From IMG/VR virus record IMGVR_UViG_3300027759_000001: a stretch of 64,000 bases of DNA. The stretch is one strand, 5' to 3'. The DNA is from a virus (Duplodnaviria > Caudoviricetes). Below are positions 16,607 to 26,816 of the stretch, piece after piece. Every line of letters starts with the position of its first letter. Positions within the stretch are counted from its first letter, which is position 1. The notes beneath the pieces are model-generated. The model did not search any database. It was not told the origin of the DNA and saw only the letters and a program-made list of their open reading frames with translations. Both the position numbers and the translations under genes were made by a program.

Positions 16607-17980
16607 ATGGAAAAGGGAAAATATAACCCATACGATGAGGATGTTGATATAATACAGGATGATGAGAACGTTAAAGTTGTTAAAACATTAAATTTAAAAT
16701 CTGCCCAATATTTTGGAACTGATTTTTATGGTAATGATAATTGGAATAGTCACTATAGAAATGGTGATCTATATTTTATAATTAGTAAAAAGGATAAAAA
16801 TATATATTCTATTTTTAATGATAAGGATGGTAGTGTTATTAGAGACCTTAATAAAAACAATGAAATTGTTACTGTAAACGATTTAAAACGTGCATTTTTA
16901 TCTTCATTAAAGATATTATCACCGTTGATTAAAGGTGGTAAAACATATGAATTTTTAAAAGAGGTTTCTAAAGGTTATGACCCTAAATGGAATGATAATG
17001 GTGACGATCCAATAATTGATGGGATAAACTTCAATGAAAGGAACCCAAGTAATTCTAAGGTTATTATTAAATTTGAAGATGATGAGGTTTTTTTGGACAC
17101 CATTAATGTTGAGTCTATTGATGATGTATATACTTATAGAACGTTTGTTGGTAATTACTCAGGTCGTGATACTGACACATATGGTGAGGAGGATAGTTGG
17201 AAAGAGGGTGAATTTATTGATTACCATTTTAACACTGAAAACCAACGTAAAGCTCTCCAAGTTGCCAAATTTTATGAAAATAGAGCTGAACTTAGGAGTA
17301 AAAAGAGCATTGCGGCTATTTTAAGTGATCACTTTGGGAGAATTGTTGATGATTTAATTTATGAGTACGCATCCAAATGGCAAAATTGTATTGATGATGT
17401 GGTTAAAGATATAATCTTAGGTGAGATTGCTAAACCATTTGATAAATTCGGTATAAAAGAAATACATAGAGGATATAGATTTGAAACAACTGTTGGAGTA
17501 TTATTACATTGGTATAGTGATGTTGAAAATGATAAATTTACGTTAAGTGAGTTATTAAATAAATTAATAAAACTTTATGATAAGAAAGATAGAGGTTATT
17601 GGAATGAGTTAATGTATGAAGTAAATTGTGATGATTGGGACGATAATGTTATGCAAGAGTATTTCTCAAAAAGTTTGGACTCAATGTTAGAAAAAGTACA
17701 AGAGGATGATCGTTTTATTAATATTGATGATTACAATGAAATGTTAGATCATGTTGAAAAAACATATGGGTATGAATGGAGACAAACAGAAAAGGATCCA
17801 AACCTACAATTTTTAATTTTAAAGGTCCAACCTGAAACTAATAAAGTTTTAGTTAACGTTCATAACGATAAGACCGGTAAATACCATCAAAGACTTTTGG
17901 ATGTTGATGGTTTATATCAATTGGACAATCAACCCGAATTATTTAATGAAAGAAGAATAGTAAGAAAAAAATTTTTATAA
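16607..17980 (+). CDS. Hypothetical protein
   Basis: 457-aa ORF after TATTTAT 16595-16601. Confidence 0.8.
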   Translation: MEKGKYNPYDEDVDIIQDDENVKVVKTLNLKSAQYFGTDFYGNDNWNSHYRNGDLYFIISKKDKNIYSIFNDKDGSVIRDLNKNNEIVTVNDLKRAFLSSLKILSPLIKGGKTYEFLKEVSKGYDPKWNDNGDDPIIDGINFNERNPSNSKVIIKFEDDEVFLDTINVESIDDVYTYRTFVGNYSGRDTDTYGEEDSWKEGEFIDYHFNTENQRKALQVAKFYENRAELRSKKSIAAILSDHFGRIVDDLIYEYASKWQNCIDDVVKDIILGEIAKPFDKFGIKEIHRGYRFETTVGVLLHWYSDVENDKFTLSELLNKLIKLYDKKDRGYWNELMYEVNCDDWDDNVMQEYFSKSLDSMLEKVQEDDRFINIDDYNEMLDHVEKTYGYEWRQTEKDPNLQFLILKVQPETNKVLVNVHNDKTGKYHQRLLDVDGLYQLDNQPELFNERRIVRKKFL

Positions 17981-18007
17981 TTCAAATTAATTGTCTATAT
18001 TTGTGTT

Positions 18008-18793
18008 ATGGAACGAAATTATGAATTATTGAAAGAGGTATTATCCGTACCTACAAAAACTTATCAGGAAGAAAGAATGGTTCAATTTATTACAAATTGG
18101 TTGACCAAAAACAATATTCCCTTTTATGTTGACGAAATGTCAAACATTTATGCAACAAAACAAACCGATGAAAATATATCATATTTCCCATGTGTGATTG
18201 CACATACCGATACGGTACATAACATTGATACAATTAATGTATTTGAAGAAATGTTACCTGACGCTCAGGGCAATGTAAAATTATCATTAAAAGCGTATAA
18301 CGACAATGACGAACCAACAGGTATTGGTGGTGACGATAAATGTGGTGTGTACGGTTGTTTGGAATTGTTAAATGAACTACCTAATTTAAAATCTGCATTT
18401 TTTGTATCTGAGGAAACAGGTTGTAAAGGTTCATTTAAGGCGGATCCTGAGTTTTTCACAAATGTTGGTTATGGGATACAATTTGATGCTCCTGAGAATA
18501 ATATGATTTCTGAGTTCTTAATGGGAAGAAGTATGTTTGATCGTGATAGTAAATTCTTTGAAGTTGGTGGACGATTGATTACAGAACACTTTCCATCAGA
18601 TACAAAATATCACAAACATCCTTACACGGACATTTATCCTATTAGAACCATGTTTAACATCCCGTGTTTCAATATTTCTATAGGATACTATAACTACCAT
18701 ACAAGAAACGAATACGTGGTCGTAGAAGACACTTATAATGGAATTAAAGTTGGTAAGATGATGATTGAGGAATTAGGTTACGAAAAACACTAA
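18008..18793 (+). CDS. M28/M20-type zinc peptidase
   Basis: AHTDTVH, GIGGDDKCG, EETG, HPYTD, GYYNYHT motifs; TATATTTG -7 element at 17996. Confidence 0.85.
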   Translation: MERNYELLKEVLSVPTKTYQEERMVQFITNWLTKNNIPFYVDEMSNIYATKQTDENISYFPCVIAHTDTVHNIDTINVFEEMLPDAQGNVKLSLKAYNDNDEPTGIGGDDKCGVYGCLELLNELPNLKSAFFVSEETGCKGSFKADPEFFTNVGYGIQFDAPENNMISEFLMGRSMFDRDSKFFEVGGRLITEHFPSDTKYHKHPYTDIYPIRTMFNIPCFNISIGYYNYHTRNEYVVVEDTYNGIKVGKMMIEELGYEKH

Positions 18794-18798
18794 ATAAA

Positions 18799-18822
18799 AA
18801 AAGGGAGATTATTCTCCCTTTT
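18799..18822. terminator. Bidirectional terminator between converging genes
   Basis: AAAAGGGAG-ATTATT-CTCCCTTTT. Confidence 0.75.
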
Positions 18823-20869
18823 TCTTTCTACTTCTTTTTTTAGGTTCTATTAATACTCCCTCTTCAAGATCAATTATTTGTTCATCATTTTCTGTTTTAA
18901 CAAATAACCTATAATCTTTGTTTTCTGTAACTTCACCTGTTAAGATTTTTTCAGATATTAAATCTTCTATTTTATTTTGAATTGCTCTTTTAATTGGCCT
19001 TGCCCCAAATATCTCATCAAAACCAACTTTTGAAATTAAATCAATTATTGAATTTTCATATGTAAAATTATACTTCATAGATTTTAGTCTTTTAACCAAA
19101 ATATCAATCTCTAATTTTACAATTTTATCAATGTTATCTTTATTTAGAGAGTTAAATATAACTACATCATCAATTCTATTTAAAAATTCAGGGGCGAAAA
19201 ATTTACTAAGTTCTTTTTTAAGAACATCTCTTTTTTGTTCTTCTTGGACAACTTCACTTGAGTTACTTGATTTGAAACCAACACCTGTACCAAAGTCTTG
19301 TAATTTTCTAACCCCAATGTTAGATGTCATGATAATCAAACAATTCTTAAAATTGATCTTTCTACCTAACCCATCAGTTAAATGTCCATCATCTAACATC
19401 TGTAATAATGTTGAAAATATATCTTTATTTGCCTTCTCAATCTCATCAAATAAAATAACACAATAAGGTTTGTTCTTAACTTGTTCTGTAAGTTGTCCAC
19501 CTTCTTCGTGCCCTACATATCCTGGAGGAGATCCAATTAATCTTGATATTGTGTGTTTTTCTTGGTATTCGGACATATCCACACGGATAAGATTATCCTC
19601 ACTACCGAATATTTCTTTTGCTAATTGTTTTGCTAAGAATGTTTTACCAACACCTGTAGACCCTAAAAAGATGAATGAACCGATAGGTCTATTTGGATCT
19701 TTAATTCCAACACGATTTCTTCTAATTGATTTAGATATCTTACCAACGGCTTCTTCTTGACCAATAACGTTAGTGTTTAATGTTGATTCTAAATTAACTA
19801 AAGAATTTTTTTCATCAATATTTATCTTACTCACAGGTATTTTAGTCATATTTGAAACTACCTCATAAATTATCTCTTCTGGAATACCACGTTTACTTGT
19901 TTTAAGTTCATTATCAAATTTTTTCTTTTCGTTTTCCAAATCAGTTAAAATTTTACGTTCTTTATCACGTAATTCTGCGGCTTGTTCGTAGTTTTGTTTT
20001 TTAATAACATCTACCTTTTCTTTTTTGATATTTTGAGCATCCTGTTTTAATTTTTCAATAATTTCAGGAAGTTTAATGTCAATTTGCATTCTTGATCCAA
20101 CCTCATCCAAAATATCAAACGCCTTATCAGGAAATTCACGATCTGTGATATAACGATCTGCCAATTCTACACATAATAACAATGCCTCATCAGTATAGTT
20201 AACTTTGTGATGTTCTTCATATTTCCCCTTACTTTGTTTAAGGATTTCAAAGGTTTCTTCTTTGGTAGATGGATCAATAACAATTTTTTGGAATCTTCTT
20301 TCTAATGCTCCATCTTTTTCAAAATGTCTACGATACTCATCTAAAGTTGTTGCCCCAATACATTGAAGTTCACCACGAGATAATGCAGGTTTGAATATGT
20401 TAGATGCATCTAAAGAACCTGAACTATTACCAGCACCAACCATTGTGTGGATCTCATCAATGAAGATGATGATATTTGGTGCCATTTGAAGTTCCTCAAT
20501 GATAATCTTCATTCTTTCTTCAAATTGACCTCTATATTTTGTACCTGCAACAATAGAGTTAATATCTAAAGATACGATTCTTTTATCTGATAAATTTTTT
20601 GGACATTCACCATTATGTATCATCATTGCAAGTCCCTCAACAATTGCAGTTTTACCCGCACCTGGCTCACCAATGATTATTGGGTTATTTTTCTTTCTAC
20701 GAGATAATACTTGGGCAATTCTAAAAATTTCCTTTTCACGACCAATTACAGGATCTAATTTTCCTTCACTTGCCAATTTATTTAAGTCCTTACTAAAGTT
20801 ATCTAAAACTGGTGTTCCCCCATCGGTCTTTTTTTTACCTTTATCATTTTCATCCATAAATTCAATCAT
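18809..20869 (-). CDS. clpC: ClpC-type Hsp100 ATPase lacking the N-terminal Clp-repeat domain
   Basis: Two AAA+ modules (GEPGAGKT..FIDEIH; GSTGVGKT..FDEIEK), UVR-type middle domain (YEQAAELRDKE); start reassigned to MIEF. Confidence 0.9.
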   Translation of the reverse strand: MIEFMDENDKGKKKTDGGTPVLDNFSKDLNKLASEGKLDPVIGREKEIFRIAQVLSRRKKNNPIIIGEPGAGKTAIVEGLAMMIHNGECPKNLSDKRIVSLDINSIVAGTKYRGQFEERMKIIIEELQMAPNIIIFIDEIHTMVGAGNSSGSLDASNIFKPALSRGELQCIGATTLDEYRRHFEKDGALERRFQKIVIDPSTKEETFEILKQSKGKYEEHHKVNYTDEALLLCVELADRYITDREFPDKAFDILDEVGSRMQIDIKLPEIIEKLKQDAQNIKKEKVDVIKKQNYEQAAELRDKERKILTDLENEKKKFDNELKTSKRGIPEEIIYEVVSNMTKIPVSKINIDEKNSLVNLESTLNTNVIGQEEAVGKISKSIRRNRVGIKDPNRPIGSFIFLGSTGVGKTFLAKQLAKEIFGSEDNLIRVDMSEYQEKHTISRLIGSPPGYVGHEEGGQLTEQVKNKPYCVILFDEIEKANKDIFSTLLQMLDDGHLTDGLGRKINFKNCLIIMTSNIGVRKLQDFGTGVGFKSSNSSEVVQEEQKRDVLKKELSKFFAPEFLNRIDDVVIFNSLNKDNIDKIVKLEIDILVKRLKSMKYNFTYENSIIDLISKVGFDEIFGARPIKRAIQNKIEDLISEKILTGEVTENKDYRLFVKTENDEQIIDLEEGVLIEPKKRSRKKKGE

Positions 20870-20921
20870 ATCTTTTTGTTTTATTAAAAAATAGTAAATC
20901 AAGTTTAAAAAGTATACCTTT

Positions 20922-20992
20922 TGACAAATTGTCATGGTAAAAAAATACTAACTGACATTTTGTCATATTTTATGGTTTGGCACATATTTAGT
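20922..20992. promoter_or_regulatory. Paired TGACA-N3-TGTCA palindromes and a sigma54-like TGGCAC element in the divergent intergenic region
   Basis: TGACAAATTGTCA 20922-20934, TGACATTTTGTCA 20953-20965, TGGCAC-ATATTTAGT 20978-20992. Confidence 0.55.
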
Positions 20993-21031
20993 AAAAAAAA
21001 GTATAAATAATAAACTATAAAAAATAATACT

Positions 21032-21403
21032 ATGTTTAATTTTAGAAATTTTGATAAAATTTTTAATGAAATGTTCTCAGAACGAATGAGTTTAAGTTCA
21101 TCATTTTTAGATGATAAGAATTGGACTAAAAAAACCTATAAATCCTCAGATGGATCTTTTTCCTATACCTACATGACTCGTAAAACTGAAGGTGATGATT
21201 TGATTGATTTAAAAGATAAATTAATTTTGGCAATAGAAGATCAAAATTTTGAGGAAGCCGTAGAGTTACGTGATAAGATAAAAAAATTGGAGGAGAATAA
21301 AGAAAAAATATTTGAACTACAATCTAAATTAGACGAATCAATAAAGAATCAAGAATTTGAAAAGTCCATTGAGTATCGTGATCAGATAAACAAGTTAAAA
21401 TAA
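21032..21403 (+). CDS. Double UVR (UvrB/C-motif) protein, candidate Clp adaptor
   Basis: AIEDQNFEEAVELRDKI and SIKNQEFEKSIEYRDQI. Confidence 0.8.
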   Translation: MFNFRNFDKIFNEMFSERMSLSSSFLDDKNWTKKTYKSSDGSFSYTYMTRKTEGDDLIDLKDKLILAIEDQNFEEAVELRDKIKKLEENKEKIFELQSKLDESIKNQEFEKSIEYRDQINKLK

Positions 21404-21408
21404 TTAAG

Positions 21409-21433
21409 ATCCACCCAAAAGGGTGGATTTTTT
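21409..21433 (+). terminator. Intrinsic terminator
   Basis: ATCCACCC-AAAA-GGGTGGAT followed by a T tract. Confidence 0.85.
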
Positions 21434-21466
21434 AATTTATAGAAATATATTTAAAATAAAAATATT

Positions 21467-21712
21467 ATGGCAATCTTAAAAGAAGAATATATTGGTACAA
21501 AGATATTGAACGAGGTTCAATCGTCTAATGTTGTAAGAAGTGAATATGATACCGCAACAAAAAAATTAATTGTGGAATTTAAAAATGGGGTTAAGTATGA
21601 ATATGATAATGTACCACATCAATCATATACAGAATTTAGAGCCGCACCATCTCAGGGTAATTACTTTAATTTACAAATCGCAAAAAAATACAAGTACAAT
21701 AAGGTAGGTTAA
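21467..21712 (+). CDS. KTSC domain protein
   Basis: SSNVVRSEYD..LIVEFKNG..YEYDNVP..APSQGNYFN pattern. Confidence 0.85.
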   Translation: MAILKEEYIGTKILNEVQSSNVVRSEYDTATKKLIVEFKNGVKYEYDNVPHQSYTEFRAAPSQGNYFNLQIAKKYKYNKVG

Positions 21713-21736
21713 TTTATAATAACGTTGTATTTATAT

Positions 21737-22471
21737 ATGATGGATGCAGAATTAATTAAAAGTTTTAAAATACAGGATAATCTTAACCCAAAGGTTTGGG
21801 AAAAAGATGGTGACGAGTTTAAAATGAATACTCAGGTAAGAGAAAGATTACTTGAGATTGCATACCAATTTATAGATTTTTTAGGGGTTGATATTGTTGT
21901 AACTGATATCATTCTTACAGGATCATTATCTAATTACAATTGGTCAAAGTATTCTGATTTTGATTTACACATAGTTGCCAATTTTAATCAGTATCCTGAA
22001 AATCAAATAGAACTTTATGAAAAACTTTTTAATTTAAAGAAAATGATATTCAATCAACAACATGATATTACAATTTTTAATTATGAAGTTGAATTATATG
22101 TTCAGAATGAAACCGAAACTCATTTTAGTAGTGGGGTTTATTCTGTGTTATTTAACGAGTGGTCAAATGAACCTAAAAAAGAAGATGTTTCAATAGATAA
22201 AGAATTATTACAACAAAAATCAAAACAATGGATGAATATCATTGATGATTTAATTGATTCCATTAAAGATGATGATGTTGAAACCGCAAAAGAATTAATA
22301 CAAAAATACAAAGACAAGTTAAAGAAATTTAGAACTTGTGGTTTAGAAAAAGGGGGAGAATTCTCAAATGAGAATTTGGTTTTTAAAATTCTAAGAAGAA
22401 ATGGTTATATTGAAAAACTACATAATTTATCATCTAAAATAATTGATGACAAATTATCCATGAAACAATAA
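21737..22471 (+). CDS. Pol-beta superfamily nucleotidyltransferase
   Basis: IILTGSLSNYNWSKYSDFDLH (GS...DxD) and EVELY. Confidence 0.75.
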   Translation: MMDAELIKSFKIQDNLNPKVWEKDGDEFKMNTQVRERLLEIAYQFIDFLGVDIVVTDIILTGSLSNYNWSKYSDFDLHIVANFNQYPENQIELYEKLFNLKKMIFNQQHDITIFNYEVELYVQNETETHFSSGVYSVLFNEWSNEPKKEDVSIDKELLQQKSKQWMNIIDDLIDSIKDDDVETAKELIQKYKDKLKKFRTCGLEKGGEFSNENLVFKILRRNGYIEKLHNLSSKIIDDKLSMKQ

Positions 22472-22545
22472 TTTAACAAATCAACAAATAAACATATTTA
22501 TTGCTATATTTATATAGAAAATAATATTTTAAAAACAAATATACT

Positions 22546-24036
22546 ATGGGAGGATTAAAACCTATTGGAAGTGAGAAATTAGACGGTATGGATAAGATCC
22601 GTAGAATTATGGAAATTGCCAGATACAAAGAAAATATACCAACACCAATAAATGAAGACAAATCATCTGAATATAAGTTGTCTTTGTCTGATGGTAACAC
22701 ATATGAAATAATTAAAGAAAGACAAGGGTATATTATTAAACAAACGATATCTGAATCAGTTTCTGATTATATTGCACCTATGAAAAATAGAAGATATTAT
22801 TCTTCTTATTCTCAAGCGTTGAAGAAAATGAACTTGATGGCAAGGGAGTTCAATCAACTACACGGTAACGAAAGTGGTACTTCTCTTTTTGAACAAGAGG
22901 ACGAAAAAAAAAAAGACACTAAATACGTAATTTCCACATCTAAAAAACCTGTAACAACTACCACAACAACAGTTGCTGCACCACCTGTTGCGGCACCTCC
23001 TGTTGCAGCACCACCTGTTGCGGCACCACCTGTTGCGGCACCACCTGTTGCGGCACCTACAACTCCACAACCAATGGAAGAACAAGGTGACCCCACATTA
23101 AATCCATTATTGGCACCACAACCTGGACCAGCACCTGCTCCTGATCCTAATGCGGCACCTGCTCCTGATCCTGCTGCGGCACCTGCTCCTGATCCTGCTG
23201 CGGCACCTGAAGAAGCTCCTGTACCTGAAGAAGGTATGGAACCTGAAGAAGTACCTGCAACTGAAGAGGAAGTTACATTTAAAATAATTCAAAAACTTAC
23301 AGGTAAATTAGCTCAAAAAATTAGAACTTATTCCGGTCAAGAAGAAATGAGTTCCAATGATACAAAATACGTAATCAATTCAATTTTATCGGCACTTGAT
23401 TTAACAACATTGGAAGAAGATGATGTTGAAGATATAATCTCAAGATTGGAGGGTGAAGAAGAAGAAATAGATGGTGAGGAAGAAGGATTAGAAGGTGAAG
23501 AAATGGACACCGAAGGTGAAGGAATGGAAGGTGAAGTAACTGAACCACAACCTGAAGCTGAAATGGGTGAAGAATATGATAACTTCGGAGGGGCTTTTAA
23601 CGATTATCTTGGAGCGGCATACACATCAAAAATGTCAGATAATTTAATGAATGAATTTGATGATGAAGAATATAATGAGTATGAAAATGAATACCCAAGA
23701 CACGGATCAAGAGAAAAAATTAGAAGATATGATGATGAAGAAACATTTGAAGATCTTTTTACTGAGTCTAAAGTAGATAAAATTATTTCAAATTATTTTT
23801 CGGTTGACAAAAATGAAAAATTAATAAAAGAACAAAAACAAAAACAAACTTTAAAAAAATTAAACGAAAAAGAAGTTTATAGATTATCAGAATCTATAAA
23901 ACAAGAAAGATCTTCTTTGAAGTTTATGGAGGAAAATCCAAAAGCAATTTTAGTTGGTGCTACCGTTAAGAAAAATTTGGTATTTAAAGAAGGTATTAAA
24001 GAATTTAGAATAACACCAAACGGACAAGTTATATGA
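22546..24036 (+). CDS. Acidic, Pro/Ala-rich head-associated hypothetical protein
   Basis: 496 aa; VAAPP and APAPDPAA tandem repeats; many I/L-x-E sites. Confidence 0.75.
   Translation: MGGLKPIGSEKLDGMDKIRRIMEIARYKENIPTPINEDKSSEYKLSLSDGNTYEIIKERQGYIIKQTISESVSDYIAPMKNRRYYSSYSQALKKMNLMAREFNQLHGNESGTSLFEQEDEKKKDTKYVISTSKKPVTTTTTTVAAPPVAAPPVAAPPVAAPPVAAPPVAAPTTPQPMEEQGDPTLNPLLAPQPGPAPAPDPNAAPAPDPAAAPAPDPAAAPEEAPVPEEGMEPEEVPATEEEVTFKIIQKLTGKLAQKIRTYSGQEEMSSNDTKYVINSILSALDLTTLEEDDVEDIISRLEGEEEEIDGEEEGLEGEEMDTEGEGMEGEVTEPQPEAEMGEEYDNFGGAFNDYLGAAYTSKMSDNLMNEFDDEEYNEYENEYPRHGSREKIRRYDDEETFEDLFTESKVDKIISNYFSVDKNEKLIKEQKQKQTLKKLNEKEVYRLSESIKQERSSLKFMEENPKAILVGATVKKNLVFKEGIKEFRITPNGQVI
22972..23058 (+). 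repeat. 15-nt coding tandem repeat (VAAPP x5.8)
   Basis: GTTGCNGCACCWCCT units. Confidence 0.95.
23131..23208 (+). repeat. 24-nt coding tandem repeat (APAPDP[N/A]A x3)
   Basis: GCACCTGCTCCTGATCCT(AAT/GCT)GCG units. Confidence 0.95.
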
Positions 24037-24440
24037 ATAAATTAATTTACATAAATGGTATGGGTCCAAATTATAAGGGAGACAACATTTATGAATTTAT
24101 ATTCTCAGACACGTTAGAAGTTTGGGGAGAAAATTGGGAATCAAAACCTGCGAATGGTTACCCACTTCCTCCTGATGTTGAATATATTAAACGAGTTGGG
24201 GTTTTGACTAACGGAGAGATAACATTGGAGTTAGTACAAGACTCTGATGTTTTTTCAGTTATAGACTCAATGGATGGTGTGTTAGCGTTAGGGTGGGAAA
24301 AAGAGAATAACAATGTTGATTTCTCAATCGTCAAAAGATTAGTATTTAAATTTGGTGATTCAGAACAAGACGTAAAAGATAAACTATATGAACGAGATAT
24401 CGTTCTTGAATTTGAAAAAAAAGTGGTATATGAAAACTAA
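24033..24440 (+). CDS. Conserved hypothetical protein
   Basis: 135-aa ORF overlapping its neighbours. Confidence 0.8.
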   Translation: MNKLIYINGMGPNYKGDNIYEFIFSDTLEVWGENWESKPANGYPLPPDVEYIKRVGVLTNGEITLELVQDSDVFSVIDSMDGVLALGWEKENNNVDFSIVKRLVFKFGDSEQDVKDKLYERDIVLEFEKKVVYEN

Positions 24441-25443
24441 AGATCACGTTTTAAACTTATTATCTCACGGGTTTAAATTTGACACCGTTGCAAGATTAAA
24501 TGAAGCACAGGTAAGAGTGTTATCTGAGAAAATTTCTAAAGAGGAAAGTAAGGAACAAGTTACTGAAGTTCCAAATAATAAAACGTATAAAATTGGACCT
24601 AAGGGTGGTCAAATTGGTGACCTAAGTATTACTCAAGATCCGGCAACTAAAGAAGTTATGGTTCAAACAAAAAGTCAAATGGAAGAAGACGCAACATTAG
24701 ATGTTGTTAATGATCCAGATGCTACCGAAGATGGTATGGGTATTTTTGAAAAGTTTGAATCAAAGTCACAACAAAGATTGTTTTATGCAAGATGTGGTAA
24801 TGGTAAAACAAAAACAGAAAAAAAATGGTGTAAATGGGCAAAAGAATCTTCTAAAAAAACCGACTATGAAACAACACCTGAGAAAAAAGAAAAAAATGAA
24901 TCTGATGAAAAATTCATAGAAGAAAGTATCGTTAGATTGATTGAAAAAAATATTAGTCCTAGAATGAGTAAAGGTGATTTAATTCGTACTATTAATGAAA
25001 AATCACAAGAGTCATCTATGATTTTGAGAAATCCATTAAAAAATACTATGTTTTCAAAAGAATCAGGAATTGAAATGAAACGTATGAAAAGGCCAACAAT
25101 GGGAATGCCAATTATGGGAACAATGGAAGAAAATACTAAAGAAAAAGAAAGAACAAAAGAAAGAACAAAAGAAAAAGGTAAAGAAAAGGATAATCCGTTT
25201 AAGAATCCTAATCCTGGCACAAAAGAAAAACCAAGAGGTCATAGAAAAAATATGGAAGAAAATACTAAAGAAAGAGAAGCACCCGTAAAATATCCGGGAG
25301 TTAAAACCCCACCAAAAAGAAGAGACAATCCATTTAAGAATCCAAACCCTGGTACAAAAGAAAAACCAAGAGGACAAATAAAAACTAAGGATGAAATGAA
25401 AAAAGATTTTATTGGATTAATTAAACAGGCTTTAACTAAATAA
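24430..25443 (+). CDS. Hypothetical head-associated protein with duplicated basic module
   Basis: Start reassigned to MKTKDHV; MEENTKE...DNPFKNPNPGTKEKPRG occurs twice. Confidence 0.75.
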   Translation: MKTKDHVLNLLSHGFKFDTVARLNEAQVRVLSEKISKEESKEQVTEVPNNKTYKIGPKGGQIGDLSITQDPATKEVMVQTKSQMEEDATLDVVNDPDATEDGMGIFEKFESKSQQRLFYARCGNGKTKTEKKWCKWAKESSKKTDYETTPEKKEKNESDEKFIEESIVRLIEKNISPRMSKGDLIRTINEKSQESSMILRNPLKNTMFSKESGIEMKRMKRPTMGMPIMGTMEENTKEKERTKERTKEKGKEKDNPFKNPNPGTKEKPRGHRKNMEENTKEREAPVKYPGVKTPPKRRDNPFKNPNPGTKEKPRGQIKTKDEMKKDFIGLIKQALTK

Positions 25444-25445
25444 TA

Positions 25446-26816
25446 ATGAAAGAGAAATATATACAACATTTAATTAATAAGGTTATTAAAGAAGCACCTG
25501 TTGATTATGGAGATTATCCTGAAAGAATGGATCCAAAAACTCAAAGTAATATTGAGAATCCTGAAAAAAACTTATATGGTAAAAATAAAGCCTTTAGAGG
25601 TGGTACGTCTGATGTTGAAAAAATAACATCAAAACGATTTAAAGATATTGTAGATTACGTTAAACGTTATTATGGTATTGTTGATGATCAAGGTAGACCA
25701 AATAAGGGTATTAATATTACTGATCCAAGAGTTAAACACGGGATTCAAGTTGAACAATTGAATGCGGTAAGAGAAGTTATGGGAATTGAATCACCTAAAA
25801 AAGACGAATTAAAAGATTTGGCCTTAGAAATTTCGGCTAAAGAAGAAGGTTGGTTACCATATAGTAAAACTTTGGAAGATGCAATGGATGAGGGATTGAT
25901 TGAAAAAGAACCATCAAACGGAGCTGGAACAAAGTATAAATTTGAATTTATTAACGTTGAGGTATTTTTAAACGAAAAAAGAATTAACCCTAACGAATTC
26001 CAAATGGAAAAGGAAGAGGAGCCTGAATTTGAAATTCCTTCAAATTTCTCGTTTGATGTTGATGAGTTAACTCCACAAGAAGAATTCCAACTTGAGGTTG
26101 AAAAAAGAAATGTTATTAACGCAATTATTCAAGGTAAAGGTAAAAAAGGTCAATTTGCTTTCCAAGCATTTAAAGATAGATTAGATGAAATTGATCCTCG
26201 TTTATACCCACTTTATAATAAAATTATGTCGGCAAATGACTTAATGTATTTTACCGATGAGGATTTAATTGAAGCTATGGGTGGTAGTGCCGCTGGATCA
26301 TCAGGTGTTGATGAAGATGGTGAAGATGAAGACAAAGACTTAGTTATTGCAAATGGTGTTATATTTCCTATTTTATTACATGAGTTAGTTAAAGGTTTTG
26401 CCGCAATACCAACAAGAGAACAATGGAGAGGTATGGAACCAGGAAAAGCTCAAGATGTGATGGGACAAACAGATGTATTTTCAAATGAACCAATGCAATT
26501 TAGAGTAGGTGGAGAATTAATCACAAAATTAAGATTCCTTTTACCTGACGATTTAACGATAAATATTGAAAATAGAGATTTATTACCATTCTTTGAAAGA
26601 TTACTTTATGCAGTTCCTGCTGAAGAATTCTTAAAAGAAATTATGGCTAATGTTGTTTCTGAAGACCCAAGAGATAATGATAAAGCAAAACGAAAATTCA
26701 ATGAATTATTAGTTAAGGCGAAAGAAGATTACAAAAAATATAAAGGTGATGGGGACGATGAAGACTATGAAGATGAGGATGAAGATGATGATATCTTATC
26801 TAAATTAGGTTTCTAA
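25446..26816 (+). CDS. Conserved hypothetical protein upstream of terminase
   Basis: 456-aa ORF with acidic C-terminus. Confidence 0.8.
   Translation: MKEKYIQHLINKVIKEAPVDYGDYPERMDPKTQSNIENPEKNLYGKNKAFRGGTSDVEKITSKRFKDIVDYVKRYYGIVDDQGRPNKGINITDPRVKHGIQVEQLNAVREVMGIESPKKDELKDLALEISAKEEGWLPYSKTLEDAMDEGLIEKEPSNGAGTKYKFEFINVEVFLNEKRINPNEFQMEKEEEPEFEIPSNFSFDVDELTPQEEFQLEVEKRNVINAIIQGKGKKGQFAFQAFKDRLDEIDPRLYPLYNKIMSANDLMYFTDEDLIEAMGGSAAGSSGVDEDGEDEDKDLVIANGVIFPILLHELVKGFAAIPTREQWRGMEPGKAQDVMGQTDVFSNEPMQFRVGGELITKLRFLLPDDLTINIENRDLLPFFERLLYAVPAEEFLKEIMANVVSEDPRDNDKAKRKFNELLVKAKEDYKKYKGDGDDEDYEDEDEDDDILSKLGF

Noticed and set aside
22904-22915. Poly-A run as a programmed frameshift or phase-variation site
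   Set aside because: The run is in frame (EKKK), and no alternative frame gives a plausible extended product
22972-23208. Tandem repeats as a CRISPR array
   Set aside because: Repeats are contiguous, in-frame coding units without unique spacers; no cas genes in the window
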